From: Antedon mediterranea
Taxonomy: Eukaryota > Animalia > Echinodermata
Assembly (NCBI RefSeq): GCF_964355755.1
Contig: NC_092676.1
Coordinates: forward strand, 13,596,871 to 13,660,870
Reading direction: 5' to 3'
Length of the DNA stretch: 64,000 nucleotides
A model generated the notes under the pieces. The model had not been told where the DNA came from and did no database searches. It saw nothing but the letters and a program-made list of their open reading frames with translations. Shown here one piece after another: positions 53,908-64,000 of this stretch; positions within the stretch are counted from its first letter, which is position 1, and each line of letters opens with the position of its first letter. A program made the translations under genes and the position numbers.

Positions 53908-56900
53908 GAGCCATTGTCTGTAAAAATCAAAGATTTGGTGGCAGATGTAACAAAATGGATTTCTCTCAAATTTTTACCATGAATAGACATTTCAATAAAA
54001 AGCATATCTACAACATTCATTTTAATTTTTAGCCTCCGTTGCCATGACAACGGTCAATTATCCAAATTTTGTTGTTTTTGCCATTTTTCACAGATTTTCT
54101 ATAGTGAAAAAGTACAAACTTGTATACTTATTTTAACCAAAAATACTTACATTATACGGTTTTTGTTTATAGCAGTGTAAACAACATGTATTGAGTTCCA
54201 TTTAATGTAGAAAAAAAATAAATTACAAAATGGAGTTTGGTTGATACCATTATTTTAAAAAGGGGTGTTTTTAAAAAAATATTTTTTTTATAAAAGTATA
54301 CCTCATAAACGTACCTATAACTTCCAAAGTGGTGTTTTTAAATCAATGAGGTTTTTTAATTTGATAGTCAATAGGTTTTTCAACAATAATCACGAAAAAA
54401 ACACTGGGGTAAATTTCGTACATAGGTTTTGTGTTGCCAGGAAAATACGAAAAATGCAAAAAATATAACAAAATATCAACAAACAAAACACATGAAACAC
54501 AATTTAAATATGGCTAATCCAATAATAAAATGTATATATGGCTTGTCATATTGCTACTAGAGTCATACGAATAGTTTAGATAAAATAGGAGAATGTGTTG
54601 CCAGGTTTATTTCAATTAATTGCCAGAAAAACAGTATTTTGCATTGAAATATTTAGTTGATGGAAAATAATGTTAAACTTGGAAATAATTGAGTCAATGG
54701 TTTTTATAAATTTTTAAATCTATTTTGTGTAAAGAGATACAGAAAGACCTCCCAAAAAATCTGACCTTGTAAATAGGTCATTTGAGGTCAAAAGGGGTCA
54801 GATTGCAAAACAGGACAGGTCCCCACTTTACTACAACTATTAATGTTTGATCAAAATTTACAAGATAGTTCATAACAATTCTCAACAATTTTCATATTTT
54901 ACCTATAGTGTTACCTTAGCAACCATTTCTATGTGTAACTAAGGAAAGTAATTTTTAAAAAACGTAAAAAATGGCGTTTTTATAAATACAAAGAATTGAT
55001 TGCATTTGTACATGTTTCTCAATTTTACTTCTACTGCATTCCATTAATGACAAACTTGACCTTGTAAATTCATTCATTTTGAGGTCAACATTTTACCATA
55101 GTAACTGTTTCTATGCGAAAATTTAAAAAAAATAAGGGGTTTTTCATAAATAAAAAACATTTTTTCTACATAGTTTTACATTTCTACTTTTTGCCAAATT
55201 TACTTTAAATACTGAATCCTAATAATCTCAGAAAGAAAGTCTTGACGAATCTGAATAAAGGTTAAAAAAAATGACCTTTAGTGTTATCTTAAACCTGTTT
55301 ACGTAACAAATGATATTTTAAAAAAAAATTAAATATGGAGTTTCATGAAAAAATAAAAATTTTACATATTGAGGTCAAATGACATCAACATTTTACCTAT
55401 AGTGTATTGTAGCAACTGTTTCTATACGTAACTAAGTACAATATTTTTAATATGGGGTTTCATGACTACAAACAATTGATTACATAGCTTTACTACCTTT
55501 TCCCAAATTTACTTATCTACTGAATCCCAGAAAATGTCTGACCTTGTGAAAAAAAATTTTTGGGTCAAGTTATGTCAAAATGTATTATTTATGTTATCTT
55601 AGAACCTGTTTCTATGCGTAACTAAGGATAATTGTTTTGTTAAATACAGTTGAACCTCCCGTAAGTGGCTACCCTCGGGACCTGGAAAAGTGGCCGCTTA
55701 CGGGCGGTGACCCCTTACGGGAGGTTCTGCCGATAAAGGGCCAAAATCACTTATTATGGCTATATACGATATTCTTAACGAAACGAGCCTCTCAATTTTC
55801 CAGCTAATTGTAGGCATATTATTATTTATAATCAGGTGGTTTAGTATTTTTTAGCATTTTCAGACAAATTTTAAAAACTTTTATCATATGAAAAATGGTC
55901 GGTCAAAATCTGTGTAGTTTTCTCATCTCTTCACAGTAATGTTTTTAAAACCTCTTCAAAATAAAGCTAATATATAAAGAAATACAATAAACATGCACCT
56001 CTAATTCATAGGTCCATGCAATAAGTATCACATTTTTCGATTGGCCGCTTACAAAAAATCTCACTTTTAGTATAAAAAGGTGCTCGCAGCTGCTTACGGT
56101 AAGCACCAAATGCACTAATTAGATAGGAAGAACAAACAGGCTTTTCAAAGTGCGTCCGTTAAGGGAGGTGGCCGCTGTAAATAAAATATGGGGTTTTCAT
56201 GAATAAAAATAATCACAGAAGAAAGTGCTTACGAATATGACCTTGTGAAACGGTAATTTGAAAATGCAAATAATCTACAAATTTAAATTTGTATGAGATA
56301 AATATGCAAAATCTAAAGAATATCTCATTTTTAGTTACCATAGTAACTGTTGCTATGCATAACTAAGGGAAATTAAATAATTATCAGATAATTATTAATT
56401 AATAATTATTACTGAATCCAACCATCACAGTAAAAAAATATAGAATTTAAAACCAATATTTAATAATAAAGTGTGATATTTTACATGCTGACCTTAAATG
56501 AAATGAAATTTCAAATCAGGGCTTCAATATTTGTTATGTAGCATTAACATACCTCCTGAGTATATCATTGACTTTTGATTGGTTCTATTTTGGGGAGGGG
56601 AAAGTGGTGGATCCAGGACTTTTAAATAGTTAGGTGGTTGAAGGCGAGGGTCTAAAAACTTAACTTTATGTCCTATCTTTTGCATTGCAATTTTTAACTT
56701 GGGGTGGGTGGGGGCTTGGAGAAAAGGGGGAGGTGGTTGGATGGAGGAGTTTGAATCCGTCTATTCATTGGGGCGATAGTAGCGGCAGTGTGGGTGGTGC
56801 TTGAATGCATGCATTTGACACTCTATAGTGGATGATCGACCAAAGTGTTGCAGTTTATCTTTTTGTGGTTATAGTCGGGGTGGGGGTGGGGAGGGGTGGT

Positions 56901-57797
56901 AGTCGAAAGTGGTGGTGGATGGGCATATGGGATCTGCTTAGGTTAGCAAATAAAAGAAGTAAACAAATGAAAGAGGAGCTTCAAAATAAGAGAGGAGTAA
57001 TCTGTTGCAAAGATTAAAATTCACAACGATCTGATAATTTATTCAAATTTCCAGAGGATATAACCTATAAAATGACATTAAAACTGGGAATTACAGAATC
57101 TATAATTAAAAATTAATTTTTTTTCTCACAACACAACTAGAACTATATAAAACATTAAGAATTTTTCTGACCAATGAGTTTCAAATCAAATAATCAAAGA
57201 AAATAAAATGTTTTTACTAATATACCATGTTTTTTTTAATATAAAAATGCCTATGTTTCTCGCAACACTGCTTGTAGATTTTAAATTTACCCCAGTATTT
57301 TATTTTAGAAATCAATTATTAAACATTAGAACTACCTATTTGTAATAAATCAGCTAAAAAAATACACCACTTTGGGCGTTATGGTGAAGTAAAGTTTAGT
57401 TGCATTGAACAATTTTAAAAAAGTGAAAAACACCCCTTTTTAAATAAATGGTATCTCCCAAAGTATGAAATAAAAAAAAATAAAAAATTTGAAACAGGTA
57501 CACAATGCATTGTTATTATGCATACACTAATTATTTTTTATAATTAAATGAACAACACAAAAATATCGCTCATCAAAGTAGTGCCAATATCCATTTTAAA
57601 AAACCTTAAAAAAGGACAAAATTTGTCAAAAACACAAATTTGGCCGTTGCCATGGAAATATACGTTTGAAATAAAAAATACTTCATATTTGATTTCTCTC
57701 AACACATATATAGCCATGTGCAAAATTTGAAAGAAATCCATTTTTTTGAGTCTGCCACTTTTTTTGATATTTCTTTGATTCTTACAGACAATGGCTC
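53908..57797. mobile_element. Non-autonomous TIR element with TTAA target (Kolobok-like)
   Basis: TTAA|GAGCCATTGTCTGTAA ... TTACAGACAATGGCTC|TTAA; long imperfect TIRs; purine-purine termini, unlike the CC termini of piggyBac. Confidence 0.7.
55647..56177. mobile_element. pogo/Tigger-like MITE
   Basis: TA|CAGTTGAACCTCCCGTAAG start; GTGGCCGCTTA repeats; right end degraded (CTG|TA). Confidence 0.6.
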
Positions 57798-58029
57798 TTA
57801 AATGTCGTTGCACATGTGCAGTAAACAATATATTTAGGCACGCGACCGTTTCGTTGTTACCATGCGGTTAATTAAACTGTAACACTGTGGGCGGTCCTCG
57901 CTCTGTCGGCTAGAGTCATGGAACCCTTGATCTCAAACTGATGCATATCCTTCTATTCTTTTATCCATGGCTCTAGTAAGGCTAGTGGGTGTACCCTGGT
58001 CGACTCGTACCATGCTAACTCGTACTTAA

Positions 58030-58655
58030 AGCCCCATTCCCTACGTTTTTTAGATCTAATTTAAGATCACAAACTATATTTAATGTAAAAATAATACTAT
58101 ATGGTCCTATTGCGATAACTTTTTTCATCTTTAAACGGTTAAAAATGTGAAAAATAAGTCGATTTTAATAATTATAGCGGCCCGCTATAAATCCCAAAAT
58201 GCATTGCGCGCGGATTGATATTTTTGTTTTTCACCTGTAATTCGCCCACTTTTCGATCGATCGTGAGGCCAAAACAAATGGAAGACTCCTAACTTTTCAG
58301 CGAAAATATCGGGTTTTCCCCAATTTGTATCAACGGAGTCTGGCAAAAATAGAAAGACAATTAATGCAGCAACTATACAACGTCAGGCTAGGTATATAGC
58401 TAGCGTACGATGTTCGTACGTTACCGATGTTTACCAGCTAGGCCTAAAAAACTAAGCCTAGCCAGGCTAGGCCTAAGACCATCCACGAGAGGTCGATCGC
58501 CGCGAGCTACTTAGGTAGTGCATTGTTTCTCACTTTTTATCATAATTTACCATAAAACGTACATTTAAGACAAGGAATGACATGGTTTAATGTTTTTAAA
58601 GTGATATATATGTATTATTTTCCAAAAAACGTCCAAAATTGCAGGGAAGGGGTCT
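58030..58655. mobile_element. Kolobok-like MITE
   Basis: TTAA|AGCCCCATTCCCT ... AGGGAAGGGGTCT|TTAA. Confidence 0.65.
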
Positions 58656-59164
58656 TTAACTTGACTAGTAGTAGGCCTAGCCTATCTACGATATTTAGTA
58701 TGCCCTGCTAAAAAGGTAGATGAGCTACTAAACTAATTACGTAATTCGTATAATCAATAACAATAAATGACTAGAATAGAAGGCCAAAAAGCGGCGGAAA
58801 ACACCTATCCATGGCTATCCATTCTTGCATGGCAATATTCAATACGATAAACCTGCTACTTTTCTGGTTGCCGAGTGGATTTTATATTGAATACATTATT
58901 AATATTATAACGTTACAAATTGTCTCTAGATAGTAACCTAATGACAGCGATATCGTGTATTAAAAGTACTTAATACAGTCAGACAGGTCTCTGGCAGACT
59001 GTCGACAGTCTTCCACACTTAGTGTACTAACAACTATAGAATCGGGTGATTAAGACAGTACGATTCGTGATAAGCTTTTCTTCAGTGTAACAAATCCAGT
59101 GATGAAAATGAAAGTTATGGGCGATGATGGCAACGCTACACTTGATACTGTGATACATCCAATT

Positions 59165-61140
59165 AGACTAGGCTATGAATGAGGTAGGTGCCACCCGGAG
59201 AGGTAGAAATTCTCATATGACTTTTCTAGACCAGTTTTTTCTGGGGAATCCAAATATATTGGGTAAACGGGCTGTAACCTGAGAACTTTCGCGTGAGGGC
59301 GCTTTTTTCAAAATGGCTGCCAGTTACAGTAGACTATGATATCTTGTCAACCACTGGTCATAGAGAGGTGATTTTGGTGTCAAATTATTCGGAATGTACA
59401 TGTTCCTATTTGATGTAATAGAACATTTTGTCAGAAAATGGCCGGAAATACCTCTATTGACCTTTGACCCAATATCTAACAGATATCATATCTAACTACT
59501 CGACACAGAAAGTTGTAATTGGTGTCAAACTCTCCAGAATATAGATGTTTATATTCAGACTAATAGAACATTATCTGTAAAAATGACCGGAAATAACGTT
59601 ACTGACCTTTGACCCAAAATGCAAGACATTTCTCCCATCTGATCACGTTATTAATCTTGTCAATTAATTCATTTTGTGCCAATTGGAGGTTGACATTCTC
59701 ATATTATTTTCTGGACCAGTTTTTCATGTGCAATCTGAATATATGAGATAAATAAGCCATAACAAGGCCAAGAATTTAATTCTTTTACTACATACATGCT
59801 TCCCTTTAGTGTTTCAGACTGTATGTCGTGTATTAATCTTCAAGATCGCTCACATCACTGCAATCTGAAAAGTCTTCATATTCATTATGTGTAAACAGTT
59901 CCTGGACATCAGTGGGAATCACTGTCTCAATCCATTTAGGCTCCATTTGTTCGTTCCATCCATTGTGTGTACTGTTGTTGACAAAATCATTGACGTCTGC
60001 TGATTGCCATTCTTTAGTAATGAAGTGTGCTCCAAGTATATGAAACTCAAGGGTCTGCTGACATAGTGGCAGTAATTATATATCTGTAATCTTGTTGTGT
60101 CTGGAAAACTTTCTGTTGAAGATATCATATCTTGCTTGATTTACACTTTTCCCCTTCACTCCATACAATAGTGAAACATACTTTTCAAATTCCTCATACA
60201 ACTCTTTTGATGGAAAATCTGACACACTCCAAGGTTGCAGAATGTGTCAACAAATTTTGCTTTTGATTCCAGAAGCTTCCAGCAGGTACGTTTTCCTTTC
60301 CGAAAGAAAGCGGAGTTATAATCGTTACCTGTGAAAGCATGGAATTCAATAAGGGATGATTTCTGCGCTTTTGTTAAATCAATGTCACTCAATTTCAGTA
60401 CCTTTCGGTATTTCCCAGTGTTTGTATCAATAATTACCCTCTGCCCATCATCTATGAAATGAGATAGTGCAATGACTGGAATATCAATGTCTCCAGAATG
60501 GGAACGAATTATTGCTACGCCTTGATTGTTATTTGTTAAAGCACATGCTTTGCATGCAGGATGACTTTCGTGTAGGCTTCTTCTTCCGGCTACTATTAAG
60601 CTCCGGAACCAATACAACATCTCAGTTAGTAACGTAGATGTATTCTTTGTACGATGAAAAGTAGATAACATCACTCCTCATATCTGTTAGAATGCGTTCT
60701 TTCTTTGACACTAGTACACAGCGAATAAGCTCAATCAATCTGGTCTTGTTCTCGCCGTTGGCAAGGAAATTGTTGAAATCACGGGCCAACTTTGATATTG
60801 TTGAGCTTACAATTACTTTTGGTGCAATACCGCGTATGTTTCTCTCAACAGACTTAATGCTTTTTGGCAGGTATGCATCGGTAACAATATCAACACGCTT
60901 GTATCCTTTAGGGATGCTGTTGAAAACCTTTGCTACAAGATCCTCGTACGTATCAGGGTAAGATGTAAATGTTCTGATTAATGCCATCAAGTCAACAACA
61001 TAGGCAATGACAGTAGCCTTTGCTGGCAGTGCCCGACCAGGATCTATAACATCTGTTGAACTTTCGATGAGAATTTCCATTAGGACACTTTTCTGAGTTG
61101 TTCGTCTTGTCCCATCTGCATTAGCAAGGCTTAGCGGGAC
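59165..61140 (-). mobile_element. 3' part of a coding Academ (AcademX-type) transposon; should continue beyond the window
   Basis: XPG-like pseudo-ORF followed by ~125-bp subterminal repeats (59330-59620); the exact terminus is uncertain. Confidence 0.7.
59870..61140 (-). pseudogene. Academ protein, XPG/FEN1-like nuclease domain (frameshifted)
   Basis: PLSLANADG...KSVLM, VVDLMAL, RVDIVTDAY...SIKSVER..RG, FLANGENKTRLI, SGDIDIPVI, HAFTGNDYNSAFFRKGK..CWK, LPLCQQTLEFHI...W. Confidence 0.8.
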
Positions 61141-62015
61141 GCGATTTTTTTTTTCGTACATAAGTTGGGGACCCCCTCATGAAACGTCACAAAATAAACA
61201 TGAATAATTCATCAGTTAAATTTTCTTGTTCCGTGTGCACCCAAGCGTATAGCAACAAGAAGTGATTACACAAGTGCGGTACGATTCTAGGCCTATCTCC
61301 GCTGTTGAAGAATAGCGGCGTTTTGTGTGGATTGTCGAAATAATCGGCCTTTAGTTTATGGTGTTTTTTAATATAATTTATTACTAAAGAATTACGTGTT
61401 AAAATTATAGTTTCTATTGATACTATTAGGCCTAATTATTAGTCTCTAAACCCATGTCTATTCTAGTAGTAGCTGTGTGTGACGTGTGTGTGTGTGTTAG
61501 GTATGACCAAAGATAGTTACACTATCTTTGGTATGACACAATCCGAGTAATAAGTCAGCAAAATTAAACAATAAACATTACACAAAAATACATTTTTTTA
61601 TTCTCGTGGGTCAAATCTTCCCATCTCATGTGTTCATATACGCGCATTTTTAAAGTTCCTTTGAGTACATTGCATATTGTTTGATAATTGATAGCAGAAT
61701 TTAAAAAATACAGTACACAAATTATACACATTCTTTATTCTTGTGGGTCTAAGCTTTCTTTGGGCTATGTCCAAGAACGCTTGGGTGCACACGGAACAAC
61801 AACTGCGATACGATTCTTTCTACAATAATAGGACTAGTATAGGATTCTAGGTCAATTCACGTGATTGCCTTCGCGCACTCTTCTTCACACACACGTCCAC
61901 TATGCAAAATGTGTCGAGGCTAATCGACAGCTAGGCAAAACATTAAACTAAGTAGTAATTGGACATAGCCCAAAGACACAAGTCACACACACCCACACAG
62001 CTACTACTAGAATAT

Positions 62016-63771
62016 GGGTGTGTAGAAAGCGACGACCTCGAATTGGACGACCCCAACGACCCGGGCGACCTCGAATTGGACGACCTAGAATTGGACGACC
62101 CATAACACGAAACCGACGACCCCTATAATAGCCTAGCCTAGCCTAGGCCTAAGTATGGTATAACATCCCGAAGCCGAACATAACCAAAGATCTTTAAACC
62201 ATACCTTATATAATACTCGCAAGCAATCAATTGATTGAAAAAATACAGAAATATCGCCATTTGATACTGAATGTGTCGACACGAACAAACGAACAGATAT
62301 GGAACGCCAAGAGTGCATCATTAAAACTGCATTCGACTCGATTAGCACACGAAATATCATAAACATGGCAAACCAGGCCCCTTTTTCAGCGGCAGGTAAG
62401 GTTTGACCATGGAGGTACTCCATGGTTTGACCAGCTCCATGGTTTGGTAAAAATATTTTTATACCTCCATGGTTTGACCGTATACAATGCATGTGTGAAA
62501 TGTAAAGCTTTCTTATGGCCCTCCCCATGCAGGATTAGGCCAAGTTGAGCCGCCGACAAAGGCGCCGCCAGAAAAACGTTATTTTCTATGAAACGCCAAA
62601 TGCTTACTTTCGCCGGTGCTCGTTTCTATTTAATAGAAGTTCTATTTATATTAATTATTAGATATAACGATGTATATTCCAAAGTTTATATATCACGGTT
62701 TTTAGTATATATTATTAAATATTATAATTAAAGAGAAATAATTATGAATATCTGACTTGTAGATTCCAAAATATAAGGCCTAAAACATGACCGAAAATGA
62801 TCGTTTTTAGCCAAAAATGACGTAAACATGTTGCCCCCTCAGGCGGCAGTTGAAGTAAAATAATTGCATAAAATCACCGTTTTTTAGTAAAATATTTTGT
62901 GTATTAACATTGTAAAATTCAATAAAATATGATATTAAAAGATAGTAAATAAAAAATAATAATTATTTAACCTCATTCGAAGAATATCAATACTCTATTA
63001 GTCCTGAGAGACAACGTGATTTTACGTGGTAGGCATACACGCGAGAAAAATATTATGGAGTGCACTGCATTTTTACCTTGAAAGATTAAAAACAAATAAA
63101 TTATTAAATATGACTACTTTCCTTTGCTGTTTCAAACCAACAAAATTGTAGTATGTAATTATTATTTATTTTCATGACACAATAAACCTAAAGACCATGA
63201 ACTTATGTAGGGCCTACTAGGACACCACTCTATCACTACGCGAAATGTCGTAAAAGACGCACAGGCCGTTTCATAGAAATTACCGGCGGCTCAACTTGTC
63301 GGCGGCCCAACCGGTCATATCCCCATGCGGATGTTACGCTGCTTGGTAGGCCTATAGTGTTCGTTATAAGAAGACGAGATGTAATTATACGTCCATGGTT
63401 TAACCATGTATTGTATAATATTTATTTCTTTTTAATTTATTTTTAATATGTCGAATGCAGTTTTAATGATGCACTCTTGGCGTTCCATATCTTTTCGTTT
63501 GTTCGTGTCGACACAATCAGTATCAAATGGCGATATTTCTTTATTTTTTCAATCAATTGCTTGCTTGCGAGTATTATATGATAAGGTATAGTTTAAAGAT
63601 CTTTGGCTATGTTCGGCTTCGGGATGTTATACCACACTTAGGCCTAGGCTAGGCTAGGCTATAGGGGTCGTCGGTTTCGTGTTATGGGTCGTTCAATTCG
63701 AGGTCGTTCAATTCGAGGTCGCCTGGGTCGTTGGGGTCGTCCAATTCGAGGTCGTCGCTTTCTACACACCC
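62016..63771. mobile_element. MULE-like element nested in 61141-63991
   Basis: ~340-bp TIRs GGGTGTGTAGAAAGCGACGACCTCG; perfect 10-bp TSD ACTAGAATAT; empty site visible in the opposite arm at ~61455. Confidence 0.85.
62533..63321. mobile_element. MULE-like element nested in 62016-63771
   Basis: Imperfect TIR containing GTTG(A/G)GCCGCCGACAA; 9-bp TSD CCCATGCAG/CCCATGCGG. Confidence 0.6.
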
Positions 63772-64000
63772 ACTAGAATATACAGGGGTTTAGAGACACA
63801 CAAAACTCCGCTATTCTATTATGAAATCAGCGGAGATAGGCCTAGAATCGTACCGCACTTGTGTAATCACTTCTTGTTGCTATACGCTTGGGTGCACACG
63901 GAACAAGAAAATTTAACTGATGAATTATTCATGTTTATTTTGTGACGTTTCACGATGGGGTCCCCAACTTATGTACGAAAAAAAAAATCGCTAGCGGGAC

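Larger units (their letters stand above)
61141..63991. mobile_element. MULE/Foldback-like element interrupting the Academ ORF
   Basis: TIR GCGATTTTTTTTTTCGTACATAAGTTGGGGACCCC; perfect 9-bp TSD TAGCGGGAC (61132-61140 / 63992-64000). Confidence 0.85.

Noticed and set aside
53908-57797. piggyBac assignment based on the TTAA TSD
   Set aside because: The termini are GA...TC rather than CC...GG; Kolobok-like is preferred, although no transposase is present.
60156-61161. Host FEN1/XPG/EXO1 gene forming a repair cluster with EXD2
   Set aside because: Intronless, frameshifted, interrupted by a TE, and next to Academ subterminal repeats, so it is transposon-derived.

Overview
AT-rich animal (probably invertebrate) nuclear DNA, not prokaryotic. 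The only host gene is EXD2 (+ strand): an internal exon (11236-12003) and the last exon (36433-36967), separated by a 24.4-kb phase-2 intron. About 22 kb of that intron is one decayed Academ DNA transposon (14240-36173, AAA TSD) filled with nested insertions: a LINE, a Gypsy element, further Academ derivatives, Helitrons, a Helentron and MITEs. The rest of the window is almost all transposable elements: (1) a Helentron/DINE-like tandem array (1-5524); (2) Academ-type elements with TA-termini, 3-4-bp TSDs and a shared ~125-bp subterminal module, three with XPG-nuclease remnants and two carrying a ~1.5-1.8-kb 30-bp minisatellite; (3) GGG/G-terminal MULE/Foldback-like elements with 9-10-bp TSDs, including a triple nest at the right edge; (4) Kolobok-like and pogo-like MITEs; (5) a Rex1-like LINE. 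Comparing paralogous copies also reveals TA-CAG/CTG-TA and TA-GGCC-TA insertions that look like excision footprints. All calls come from reading the sequence by eye; no database search was run. I found no convincing new enzymatic system; the novelty lies in TE architecture.
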